Source of the DNA: Prevotella sp.
GTDB taxonomy: Bacteria > Bacteroidota > Bacteroidia > Bacteroidales > Bacteroidaceae
Length of the DNA: 64,000 nucleotides
Reading direction: 5' to 3'
Assembly (NCBI GenBank): GCA_050946475.1
Contig: JBMNUW010000001.1
Coordinates: forward strand, 515-64,514
The notes under the pieces are model-generated. The model saw nothing but the letters and a program-made list of their open reading frames with translations. It did no database searches and was not told where the DNA came from. Of the stretch, positions 46,827-56,417 are shown piece by piece. The number at the start of each line of letters is the position of its first letter. Position 1 is the stretch's first letter. Both the position numbers and the translations under genes were made by a program.

Positions 46827-47627
46827 TCAATTCAACGTTCGTTTCTTACAAATAATCTGGTTGTCAAATTCCAGATTGATATAGGAATACTTGTTCCAGC
46901 CAGCCTGGGAGAGTCCGTACTTGTAGAATTTCTCCAGTCGGTTCATCTTCCTCGCGATGAAGTCTTCCACCAACGCTTTCCGGTCGGCGATATACTTCGT
47001 CTCGGGCAGTTTGCCTATATATATAATATGGTCTCCCACTCGCGGCACGAGTTCCACTCCTCTGTCCGGGAGAATATTGATTTGCACTATCTGGCTTCTC
47101 CACAGCTCGTTATCCATGATGGCGGCTGCCAGATGCGAGAGATAGTTGCGCGCATACCATTTAGAGATATATCCCGTAGCGATAATCAGGTCACTGGTAT
47201 AGTTGGAACTGGGGCGCATGATGTTGTTGTTGTCATCAATATAGTAATCATCACTACCCGACATGATTCGCAATATTGGCAACCGTTGTGTCAGTGTGAT
47301 GATAACATCTCCCTCGTTGTTTGTATAGCATTGTGCTGTCTTGACAAAGGCACTGCTCTTGAGCTGTTCTTCTATCTGCCTTGTGTTGATATAGGCCAGT
47401 TCTTGACCATAGGGATAAAGCTTGCTCTTTTGCAGTCGTTCCTTGATGTCGCGGGCCGACAGGAATCCGTTGGTGCTCTCGTCAGCAATGTTGATGCTGA
47501 CTCGCTGGCAACGCTTGTCCCCGTTGTCCGGCTTGTCAAATGCCGCGAAAGCCAAGATGAGATAAACGCCCAGCAGAACGTCAATCGTCACCAAGAAGGT
47601 TTTTCTCCAATTGATTCTTATCTTCAT
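46827..47627 (-). CDS. ftsQ: Cell division protein FtsQ/DivIB
   Basis: Single N-terminal TM then a POTRA-like domain. Position between murC and ftsA. Confidence 0.85.
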   Translation of the reverse strand: MKIRINWRKTFLVTIDVLLGVYLILAFAAFDKPDNGDKRCQRVSINIADESTNGFLSARDIKERLQKSKLYPYGQELAYINTRQIEEQLKSSAFVKTAQCYTNNEGDVIITLTQRLPILRIMSGSDDYYIDDNNNIMRPSSNYTSDLIIATGYISKWYARNYLSHLAAAIMDNELWRSQIVQINILPDRGVELVPRVGDHIIYIGKLPETKYIADRKALVEDFIARKMNRLEKFYKYGLSQAGWNKYSYINLEFDNQIICKKRTLN

Positions 47628-47728
47628 TTGTTAGTGTCTGATCTAAACTTCAGTCCGTTCTCACAACATTGTCAACGAGGTACTTACCTCAGTTTTTCTT
47701 GTTCCGTCACACGATTCGGCTGCCATTC

Positions 47729-49111
47729 TTATTTCTTCTTCTCCTCAAGCAGACGCGTGATTTGAGGTACAAGATTGTCCAAATCGCCTGCACCAAGTAC
47801 CACAAGTACGTCGAAGTCCCTGCTGCTCACAAGTGACAAGACATCTTCCTTGTGTATCATGCTCTTTTCTACACCGGGTTTCAAGTTGTCGTAGATGAGC
47901 TTGGAAGTAACGCCCGGAATGGGTTGTTCTCGAGCAGGATAAATGTCACAGAGTATCACCTCGTCGAGCTGACTCAGCGCATCCGCAAACTCCTTGTAGA
48001 AATCGCGTGTGCGCGTATAGAGGTGGGGCTGGAAGATAGCTGTGATTTTCCGATTCTTATAAAGTTCTCTCAGGCTCTTTGCACTTTGATAGATTTCCTT
48101 GGGGTGATGGGCATAATCGGAGAGGAACACGAGCTTGTCTGTTTTTATCTTGAAATCGAATCTGCGATCCACGCCGCGATAGGTCTCCATTCCGAAACGC
48201 AGCTCGTCGGCAGAACAGCCGTTGAGTTGAGCCAGTGCCATGGCAGCCACGCCGTTCTCAATATTGATGGGAATGGGCTGGCCAAGATGCACATTGGATA
48301 CGTTTTCCACGGGAGAAACAAAATCGAACGTAATTTCTCCATTATCTATCTTGATGTTCTCCGCATGGAAGTCGCCCTCGTCGCGACTGTAGGTATAAGT
48401 CTTCACTCCCTGTTGCACATTAGGTTTCATCTCCAGTCCCGTGTGGATGATAAGTGCCCCACCGGGCTGAATGAGCTCTGTGTAGTGACGGAAGCTTTCC
48501 AGATATGCTTCCTTGGTACCATAGATATCAAGATGGTCTGGGTCGGTAGCGGTGATGACGCTCATCCACGGGCGAAGCCAGTGGAAAGAACGGTCGAACT
48601 CGTCTGCTTCGATAACCACATAGTCGCTGGTGTCCGACAAGATATAATTGGTACCGTAGTTCTTCGAGATGCCACCGAGAAAGGCATTGCAGTCCACCGC
48701 ACTCTGATGCATGATATGGGCACACATGGTGGAAGTTGTGGTCTTGCCGTGAGTTCCAGCCACACATAGTCCCTTGTGGGTACGCGTCAGCGTTCCGAGC
48801 ACTTGTGCGCGCTTCTCTATTTCAAATCCGCCGTCGCGGAAATATTGCAGTTCCTTGTGATTTGCAGGAATGGCGGGAGTATACACCACGAGGCAGGTAG
48901 CCTTGTCGCGACAGGCATGAGGTATCTCATCTACGTTTTCATCATAGTGAATCACCATTCCCTCTTTCTCCAACTGTCTGGTAAGGTCTGAAGGTGTACG
49001 GTCATAACCGGCTACCACCAGTCCGCGATGTATGAAGTAGCGGGCAATGGCACTCATGCCGATACCGCCCGCTCCTATGAAATATACTGCTTTGATATCT
49101 TTCAATTCCAT
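47729..49111 (-). CDS. murC: UDP-N-acetylmuramate--L-alanine ligase
   Basis: ATG 49111 (MELKDIKAVYFIGAGGIGMSA) is preferred over TTG 49126. P-loop GTHGKTTT. Confidence 0.95.
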   Translation of the reverse strand: MELKDIKAVYFIGAGGIGMSAIARYFIHRGLVVAGYDRTPSDLTRQLEKEGMVIHYDENVDEIPHACRDKATCLVVYTPAIPANHKELQYFRDGGFEIEKRAQVLGTLTRTHKGLCVAGTHGKTTTSTMCAHIMHQSAVDCNAFLGGISKNYGTNYILSDTSDYVVIEADEFDRSFHWLRPWMSVITATDPDHLDIYGTKEAYLESFRHYTELIQPGGALIIHTGLEMKPNVQQGVKTYTYSRDEGDFHAENIKIDNGEITFDFVSPVENVSNVHLGQPIPINIENGVAAMALAQLNGCSADELRFGMETYRGVDRRFDFKIKTDKLVFLSDYAHHPKEIYQSAKSLRELYKNRKITAIFQPHLYTRTRDFYKEFADALSQLDEVILCDIYPAREQPIPGVTSKLIYDNLKPGVEKSMIHKEDVLSLVSSRDFDVLVVLGAGDLDNLVPQITRLLEEKKK

Positions 49112-49207
49112 TTTGATATCGTTCAATGATACTTTACTTATTGTTCGTCACTCGAAATTCGCGATTCGGGCTTCGATTGGCTTTCGTGCCCTGTCTTTTT
49201 TCTAAAT

Positions 49208-50320
49208 TCAATGCCAGGCGAGCTTCACCACTTCGTCGGCGATGACATCTGCTGAATTCTTGAATCCGAGCTTTTTGATGTTTTCGCTGAGAGAAGCAAG
49301 CTTTGCATCGTCCTTCACTATTTCCAATGCACGCTTGAGCAACGTGTCGGGAGCATCGGCGTCCTTTACGTAGATTGCCGCATCGTGATTCACCAGTGCC
49401 ATGGCGTTCTTCGTCTGATGGTCTTCGGCCACATTGGGACTGGGCACGAGAATGACGGGCTTGCCTATAAGACAGAATTCACTGATGCTGCTTGCTCCGG
49501 CACGCGAAATAACGAGGTCGGCAGCCTTGTAAGTGCCGCCCATGTCACTGATGAAATCTGTCACCACGAGGTTGGGCAGTTCGCCGAATGCCTTTACAGC
49601 AGCCTTCATTTCCTCAAAATAATATTTACCGGTCTGCCAGATAAACTGGACGTCAGACTGGTTCTTCACGAAATCGAGATGCTGCTTCACGCTTTCGTTG
49701 ATGGTACGAGCTCCGAGACTTCCACCCACGAGCAATATGGTCTTCTTTTCAGGGTCGAGTCCATACTTCTTGCGTGCTTCCTGCGGAGTTAAGGGCGACG
49801 AGAGTACGTTCTGGCGCACAGGATTTCCCGTCATCACGATTTTGTCTGCCGGGAAGAAGCGTTCCATGCCTTCGTAGGCCACGCAGACCTTCGAGGCCTT
49901 CTTGGCCAGGAGCTTGTTGGTGACACCTGCGTAGGAGTTCTGCTCCTGGATAAGACAGGGTATTCCCATATCAGCACATACATTGAGCGTGGGGCCGCTG
50001 GCATAGCCGCCCACTCCTACAGCAACCATCGGACGAAAATCCTTGATGATGCGCTTGGCCATACGCTGGCTCTTCCATATCTTGAAGAGTACGGCAATGT
50101 TCTTCAACAGATGCTTGCGGTCGAATCCTCGGATGGGCAGACCTTTGATTTCATAGCCTGCTGCGGGCACGCGCTGCATCTCCATCCTTCCCTCAGCACC
50201 CACAAAGAGGATGTGAGCCTCCGGATGTTTTGCCTTGATAGCATTAGCAATTGACACGGCCGGAAAGATGTGTCCGCCGGTGCCACCTCCGCTAATAATT
50301 ACTCTTAATTCTTTTTCCAT
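49208..50320 (-). CDS. murG: Undecaprenyldiphospho-muramoylpentapeptide beta-N-acetylglucosaminyltransferase
   Basis: SGGGTGGHIFPA N-terminal motif. 370 aa. Confidence 0.96.
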   Translation of the reverse strand: MEKELRVIISGGGTGGHIFPAVSIANAIKAKHPEAHILFVGAEGRMEMQRVPAAGYEIKGLPIRGFDRKHLLKNIAVLFKIWKSQRMAKRIIKDFRPMVAVGVGGYASGPTLNVCADMGIPCLIQEQNSYAGVTNKLLAKKASKVCVAYEGMERFFPADKIVMTGNPVRQNVLSSPLTPQEARKKYGLDPEKKTILLVGGSLGARTINESVKQHLDFVKNQSDVQFIWQTGKYYFEEMKAAVKAFGELPNLVVTDFISDMGGTYKAADLVISRAGASSISEFCLIGKPVILVPSPNVAEDHQTKNAMALVNHDAAIYVKDADAPDTLLKRALEIVKDDAKLASLSENIKKLGFKNSADVIADEVVKLAWH

Positions 50321-50489
50321 ATTTCGCTCAAATGTTTTTGAATGTCTTAGGGGCTTTCGCCGAGCCGGTCACTCTGCCCCGACTTATCGGTGCGATGTTT
50401 CCCGTTGCTGGCCGTTCCGTCGATATCGGCACAAGTCAAACAGGAACCAGCTCTCTACACTTTGTCGAAGTTATCTTGCTATCTCTTTG

Positions 50490-50497
50490 CAAAAGTA
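50490..50497 (-). promoter_or_regulatory. Candidate internal -7 element (TACTTTTG) in the ftsW-murG spacer
   Basis: The + strand reads CAAAAGTA, 170 nt upstream of the murG ATG (50320). Confidence 0.3.
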
Positions 50498-50582
50498 AAT
50501 AAAATTTTTCACTTTCACTGATAATATCAATGTTTATTCTTCACCATTAGCAACATTTATCTTTCAGCAACCTGTCTATTCG

Positions 50583-51845
50583 TCAGGCTGCAGCTGCCGA
50601 CGTTACCCCTATATCGTTAGTAGCATTGTTCTTTTTGGCCGTACGACTCACACTGAGAATTACGCCGATGTAGACACAATTGACAAGCGTAGAAGTTCCG
50701 CCCTTACTTACCAGAGGAAGAGGCTGACCTGTCACGGGCACGAAACCTACTGCCACGCACATGTTGAACAGGGCTTGCACAACGAGCAGCAAGGCCAGAC
50801 CCATGGCAAGAAATGCCGGGAAGTTATTCTCGCAGCGACTGGCTATGCGCCCCGTTCTGAAGAGCAAAATGATGTAGAGCATGGCCACGAAAGCGGCTCC
50901 CACCAGTCCGGTCTCCTCAATGATGATGGCATAAATGAAGTCGGAGAAGGCCTGCGAAAGGAAATCGCGTTCTACCGAATTACCCGGTCCCTTCCCAAAC
51001 ACGCTTGAAGTAGCGATGGCAATATAGCCGTGTGCACGCTGACCATCCTTGTCAAGGTCTACCTCGTTGGGCGCAAGATCCTTCTGATTCATGAATTTAT
51101 CGATGCGCGACTTCCATGTGTCGAATCGGTGGAAAATTCCTTTAGACCGATGTTCTTCCGCCTTCTTCACCGTCTGCTCTGTCAGGTGATTCTTTGCCAA
51201 CTCTTCATTGCGGTCGGTTCCAAAAGCCATGACAAGGGTAAGCACCAAGGCTATCGCCAACACTGTCACGCCGATGAGTGCTCCCAGCTGCCGGGCGGGC
51301 ACTCTGCCGATAAACATCATCAGAAAGACCACTACACAAAGCAGTGCCGCCGTGGAGAGGTTCTCAAGACAAATGAGCGGAATCATCGAGAGGCCCACCA
51401 TCAAGATGTAGCTCATTGCATGGCGGTCGGCTCCGTTACGAGTTTGCATGGCACTGAGAATCTGTGCCGTACAGAGCACCATCGTACCCTTGGCTATCTC
51501 GGATGGCTGGAACTGAAATCCGAAGACGGGTATCCAGCGGGCAGCTCCGTTGGTAGACTGTCCGATAAAGAACACCAGCACCAGACTCGCTATCGAGATC
51601 ATCAGCATAAAGGGCGTGGCTATCTTGAAATACTTGCACTTGATGTTGAGCACCAGGATGATCAAGCCCAGACCCAAAATCAGCATGAAGATGTGTTTTA
51701 TCATCGGCTGAATGAAGTTTCCTCCCTTGTAGGTCAATTCGGAAGAAGCCGAGTAAACCTCCACAACACTGATGATGCTCAAGAAAAAGAACACCCACCA
51801 AATGACTTTGTCGCCTTTGAAGAGATTTCCGATTGTCTTGCTCAT
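50583..51845 (-). CDS. ftsW: SEDS-family peptidoglycan glycosyltransferase FtsW
   Basis: 420 aa with ~10 TM segments. FtsW/RodA/SpoVE pattern and dcw context. Confidence 0.93.
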   Translation of the reverse strand: MSKTIGNLFKGDKVIWWVFFFLSIISVVEVYSASSELTYKGGNFIQPMIKHIFMLILGLGLIILVLNIKCKYFKIATPFMLMISIASLVLVFFIGQSTNGAARWIPVFGFQFQPSEIAKGTMVLCTAQILSAMQTRNGADRHAMSYILMVGLSMIPLICLENLSTAALLCVVVFLMMFIGRVPARQLGALIGVTVLAIALVLTLVMAFGTDRNEELAKNHLTEQTVKKAEEHRSKGIFHRFDTWKSRIDKFMNQKDLAPNEVDLDKDGQRAHGYIAIATSSVFGKGPGNSVERDFLSQAFSDFIYAIIIEETGLVGAAFVAMLYIILLFRTGRIASRCENNFPAFLAMGLALLLVVQALFNMCVAVGFVPVTGQPLPLVSKGGTSTLVNCVYIGVILSVSRTAKKNNATNDIGVTSAAAA

Positions 51846-51967
51846 TTGCGTTTATGATTCAGTGTAGACGCTATGTCTTTTATTTTTTATGCTATTTTTT
51901 ATTTCATCTTGGAATTGTCGTATTCTGACGTCTTTCAGTCAGTTGAACGAAGTGTGACCGAATCTTT

Positions 51968-53299
51968 CTATAGATTGCGAACAAGGGTCTTGAACTGTTC
52001 ACCGCGATCCTCCATGTTCTTGAACAGGTCGAAACTGGCACAACAGGGACTCAGCAGCACTGTATCACCGGGCTTGGCCATTTCATAGCAGGCTTGCACG
52101 CAGTCTTTCATCGAGTGGGTGTCGCGAACGGGCAATCCCAAGTTGTCAAAGTTGTCATGGAGCTTCTTATTGTCGGCACCAAGATATACCAGTCCTACGC
52201 ACTTCTGCTTCACCAAGTCGCGGATGGCAGAATAGTCGTTGCCCTTGTCCTTGCCGCCGAGAATGAGGATAGTTGGTGTGCGCATACTCTCCAAGGCATA
52301 CCAGCAAGCGTCCACGTTGGTGGCCTTCGAGTCGTTGATATACTGCACGCCTCTTACCTTCGTGACTTTTTCCAGTCGATGCTCCACTCCGGGGAAGTCG
52401 CTCAAGCTCTTGCGGATAATGTCCTTCCGGATACCGCTGATGTTCGAAGCCAGCCCTGCAGCCAATGAGTTGTAGATGTTATGCTTGCCGGTAAGCGACA
52501 GTTCCTCCTGCTCCATGTTGAAAGGAGTGGGATATTCCAGTTTGTATTGTCCTTCCTCGATATAGCCGATGCTGCCTTTCTCCTTCAACTCCGAGAAGGG
52601 ACATTGTACGGCCTTGATGTCGTATTTCTCCAGCTCCTTTTTAATCACGGGGTCGTCGTTCCAGTAAATGAAACTGTCGTCGGCCGTCTGGTTCTGGATG
52701 ATTCGCATCTTCGCGTCAACGTAGTTCTGGAACTTATAGTCGTAACGGTCCAGATGGTCGGGCGTAATGTTCAGCAGGATAGCGATGTTGGCACGGAAGT
52801 CATACATGTTGTCCAACTGAAACGAACTGAGCTCAATGATATAATATTCATGGGGATCTTCCGCCACCTGCAACGCAAGGCTGCGCCCGATGTTGCCGGC
52901 GAGCCCCACGTCATAACCTGCTGCTTTAAAGATATGATAGATAAGCGAGGTGGTGGTAGTCTTGCCGTTGCTGCCCGTGATGCAAATCATCTTCGAATGG
53001 GTATAACGACCGGCAAACTCTATCTCGCTGATGATATGGATGCCCTTTTCCATGATTTTCTGTATCATCGGGGCTTCCTTCGGAATGCCGGGACTCTTGA
53101 TTATCTCATCGGCATTGAGTATCTTTTCTTCTGTGTGGTGTCCCTCCTCCCACTCGATATGGTGGTCGTCAAGCAGTTTCTTGTATTTGTCCTTGATGGC
53201 AGACATATCCGAAAGGAACACGTCGAAGCCTTCTTTTTTGGCTAAAACGGCAGCTCCTGCGCCGCTCTCACCACCTCCCAAAACTACAATTCTCTTCAT
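51968..53299 (-). CDS. murD: UDP-N-acetylmuramoylalanine--D-glutamate ligase
   Basis: Rossmann N-terminus VVLGGGESGAGAA. P-loop GSNGKTTTT. Confidence 0.96.
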   Translation of the reverse strand: MKRIVVLGGGESGAGAAVLAKKEGFDVFLSDMSAIKDKYKKLLDDHHIEWEEGHHTEEKILNADEIIKSPGIPKEAPMIQKIMEKGIHIISEIEFAGRYTHSKMICITGSNGKTTTTSLIYHIFKAAGYDVGLAGNIGRSLALQVAEDPHEYYIIELSSFQLDNMYDFRANIAILLNITPDHLDRYDYKFQNYVDAKMRIIQNQTADDSFIYWNDDPVIKKELEKYDIKAVQCPFSELKEKGSIGYIEEGQYKLEYPTPFNMEQEELSLTGKHNIYNSLAAGLASNISGIRKDIIRKSLSDFPGVEHRLEKVTKVRGVQYINDSKATNVDACWYALESMRTPTILILGGKDKGNDYSAIRDLVKQKCVGLVYLGADNKKLHDNFDNLGLPVRDTHSMKDCVQACYEMAKPGDTVLLSPCCASFDLFKNMEDRGEQFKTLVRNL

Positions 53300-53448
53300 C
53301 TTATTTATTGTTTTTGTGAAAGTTGCTCGTTAATATCTCTTATCCGAGTCAGTCTTTCGTTACGTGCCATATATTATAGCACCTTATATATAATAATGTG
53401 AGGGGCTGCGCAAGTCAGTCCCTTGACACCTGGTATTCTGCTCAAGCC

Positions 53449-54717
53449 TCAACGCATCTTCAGCGTAACGATGGTGAGCGCTGCGAGGATGATGGTAGTA
53501 ATCCAGAAGCGTACTGTAATCTTCGACTCACTGAACTGACGACGAGGCCACCCACGAAGGATGTAACGGCTCGTCGGGTCGAGCTGACTGTCCAGCCGGC
53601 GGAAATTGTCGTGAATAGGGGTGGCACGGAACACGCGCACCCGTTGACCGCGACGCTTGTAGTACTTGAACACAGAAGTCTGAATAATCACCGACAGACT
53701 TTCCACGAAGAAGATGCCGCACAGAATGGGCAAAAGAAGTTCCTTGTGGATGATGACGGCGCAAACTCCGATGATACCACCTATCATCAGTGAACCCGTG
53801 TCGCCCATGAACACCTGGGCGGGATAAGCGTTGTACCAAAGGAATCCGACGAGTGCTCCCGTGAAAGCACAGAGAAACACCACGAGTTCCTGACTGCCGG
53901 GAATGTACATGATGTCGAGATAGGCGGCAAACTCGATGTGACTCGACACATAGGCCAAGATGCCCAACGCCACTCCGATAATGGCCGCGTTGCCGGCGCA
54001 CATACCATCCATACCGTCATTAAGATTGGCTCCGTTGCTCACTGCCGTCACCACCAAAATGGTCATAATGACGAAGAGAACCCAGCCGGCAGCTACCTTA
54101 TACTTGCCGAAGAAGCCCATCACCTTAGAGTAGTCGAGGTTGTGGTTCTTCACGAAGGGAATGGTGGTGTTGAGCGATTTCACGGGTTTCGACTTGTGCA
54201 TCACGAGTTCCTTGCCCTGCTGGTGATAGGTAACATTCTCACGTACCACGGCATCAGGACTTGCCCAAAGCACAAGACCTACAATTAGTCCGATACTCAC
54301 CTGTCCCACAATCTTATACTTGCCTTTCAGACCTTCCTTGTTCTTGCGGAAAGTCTTGATATAGTCGTCCATAAAGCCCAGGAAGCCGAGCCACACCGTA
54401 GTGACTATCATCAACAGCAGATAGATGTTGCGCAGACGACCCAGCAGGAGAACTGGTACAAGTATGGACATCATGATGATGACACCGCCCATTGTGGGAA
54501 CGCCCTTCTTCTGAACGCCGAAGGGGTCGATACTGGCATCACGCTCCGTCTCTGAGATGTTACGCCGCTTCATGAAACGAATGAACTTCTCGCCGAACCA
54601 GGCGGAAATAATAAGCGAGAGCACCAGTGTAAGCAAGGCACGGAATGAGACATAGCTCCAGAGATGTGCCCCGGGAATATCATACTGATTGAGGAATCGG
54701 AATAAATAGTATAGCAT
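53449..54717 (-). CDS. mraY: Phospho-N-acetylmuramoyl-pentapeptide-transferase
   Basis: 422 aa polytopic protein. NLNDGMDGM and FMGDTGS motifs. Confidence 0.96.
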   Translation of the reverse strand: MLYYLFRFLNQYDIPGAHLWSYVSFRALLTLVLSLIISAWFGEKFIRFMKRRNISETERDASIDPFGVQKKGVPTMGGVIIMMSILVPVLLLGRLRNIYLLLMIVTTVWLGFLGFMDDYIKTFRKNKEGLKGKYKIVGQVSIGLIVGLVLWASPDAVVRENVTYHQQGKELVMHKSKPVKSLNTTIPFVKNHNLDYSKVMGFFGKYKVAAGWVLFVIMTILVVTAVSNGANLNDGMDGMCAGNAAIIGVALGILAYVSSHIEFAAYLDIMYIPGSQELVVFLCAFTGALVGFLWYNAYPAQVFMGDTGSLMIGGIIGVCAVIIHKELLLPILCGIFFVESLSVIIQTSVFKYYKRRGQRVRVFRATPIHDNFRRLDSQLDPTSRYILRGWPRRQFSESKITVRFWITTIILAALTIVTLKMR

Positions 54718-54747
54718 CTTATATATCTGTTTCTGTATGTATGGTCC

Positions 54748-56211
54748 TTATTCCTTGTCTTCTGCGAAGATTTCGCGCAACACCTCTTTATCGTCGAAAT
54801 GATGCTTCACTCCCTGTATTTCCTGATAGTTCTCGTGTCCCTTTCCTGCCACGAGTACCACATCACCCTTCTCTGCCATCATGCAGGCAGTACGTATGGC
54901 CTGCTTGCGGTCTACGATGGACACGACCTTCTTCATCTGCTGAGGGGTCAGTCCTGCCAGCATGTCATTGATGATAGCCTGTGGGTCCTCGAAACGAGGA
55001 TTGTCGCTCGTAATTATCACGCGGTCACTCTGCTTCACTGCCTCCTGCGCCATAAGGGGACGTTTGCCGTGGTCACGATTGCCTCCGGCTCCGCAGACAG
55101 TAATCACATGGCCCTTTCCGTTGAGTACCTCATGGATGGCGGAAAGTACGTTCTCCAGGGCATCGGGTGTATGGGCATAGTCCACGATGGCCGTGAAACC
55201 CTTGGGCGAGTGCAACGGTTCAAGACGTCCGCTCACGCTGTGTAATGTACTCATCACTACGAGAATGTCCTCGGGCTCCTTACCAAGCATTCGGGCGGCA
55301 CCATAAACGGCGAGCAGGTTGCTCACGTTGAACTTGCCGATGAACTGCACGCCAACCTCGTGACCGTCAATATCGAGATACATACCGCCGAAGTGGCTTT
55401 CAATGATGCGTGCACGGAAGTCGGCCATGGCTCGCACGGAGTAGGTCTTCACCGTAGCCTTGGTGTTCTGTACCATTATCATGCCGTTCTTGTCGTCGGC
55501 ATTGGTGATGGCAAAGGCAGTTTTTGGTAGTCCGTCGAAGAAAGCCTTCTTTGCGTTGCGATAGTTCTCGAAAGTCTTATGATAGTCCAGATGGTCCCGG
55601 GTGAGATTGGTAAAGATGCCTCCTGTAAACTTCAGTCCGCCGATGCGCTTCTGGGCAATGGCATGCGACGAGCACTCCATGAAGGCGTATTCGCAACCAG
55701 CCTCCACCATGCGGCCCAGCAGTTCGTTGAGTTCTATGGGGTCCGGGGTGGTATGGTCGGCTGGGATAGCCTCGTCTTCGATGTAGTTGCACACCGTGGA
55801 GAGCAGACCACACTTATGACCCATCTTGCGAAACATATTATATAATAAGGTGGCAATAGTAGTCTTGCCGTTGGTACCCGTAACTCCAACGAGCTTGAGC
55901 TTCTTCGACGGATCACCATAGAAGAGCGTTGCCACGGGACCGACGGCATCCTCCGTAGAAGCTACCTTCACATAGGTCACGCCCTCGGCGAGCGTCTCAG
56001 GCACATCTTCGCACAGCACGGCTGCAGCACCCTGCTCTACAGCTTTCGGAATAAACTTGTGGCCGTCCACCTGCGTGCCTTTCATGGCTACGAAGAGATG
56101 GCCCTCCTTGACGCGACGTGAATCGATGTCCACGCCCTTGATGTCTACATCGTCGGAGCCCATAATCTCAAGCGGCTTGACGTTCTTCAGTAATTCTCGT
56201 AGTTTCATCAT
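54748..56211 (-). CDS. murE: UDP-N-acetylmuramoyl-L-alanyl-D-glutamate--2,6-diaminopimelate ligase
   Basis: P-loop [10 protein letters not shown]. The DNPR motif (SDNPRFEDP) indicates meso-DAP specificity. Confidence 0.95.
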   Translation of the reverse strand: MMKLRELLKNVKPLEIMGSDDVDIKGVDIDSRRVKEGHLFVAMKGTQVDGHKFIPKAVEQGAAAVLCEDVPETLAEGVTYVKVASTEDAVGPVATLFYGDPSKKLKLVGVTGTNGKTTIATLLYNMFRKMGHKCGLLSTVCNYIEDEAIPADHTTPDPIELNELLGRMVEAGCEYAFMECSSHAIAQKRIGGLKFTGGIFTNLTRDHLDYHKTFENYRNAKKAFFDGLPKTAFAITNADDKNGMIMVQNTKATVKTYSVRAMADFRARIIESHFGGMYLDIDGHEVGVQFIGKFNVSNLLAVYGAARMLGKEPEDILVVMSTLHSVSGRLEPLHSPKGFTAIVDYAHTPDALENVLSAIHEVLNGKGHVITVCGAGGNRDHGKRPLMAQEAVKQSDRVIITSDNPRFEDPQAIINDMLAGLTPQQMKKVVSIVDRKQAIRTACMMAEKGDVVLVAGKGHENYQEIQGVKHHFDDKEVLREIFAEDKE

Positions 56212-56230
56212 TATATATTTTGTATTAAAA

Positions 56231-56387
56231 GACCCTCTCTATCTCTCCCTAAAAGGGAGAGGATGAGCGCTGGTAAAGACACCTCTCTAACAACTATGGG
56301 CATCCGCCCCGTGCTATTCTTATCTAATTAAGATACGCTCGGTTTCGCATTTTCTCCCCCCCCTTTCAGGGGGAGTTAGAGAGGGTC
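56231..56387. repeat. Inverted pair of REP-like elements in the ftsI-murE spacer
   Basis: Left copy is GACCCTCTC-TAT-CTCTCCCT-AAA-AGGGAGAG (56231-56262). Right copy is CTCCCCC-CCCTTTCA-GGGGGAG-TTA-GAGAGGGTC (56354-56387). The outer GACCCTCTC and GAGAGGGTC are mutually complementary. Confidence 0.75.
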
Positions 56388-56417
56388 TGTGGTTGTGAGG
56401 CTTGTGTCTTCTTTTTT

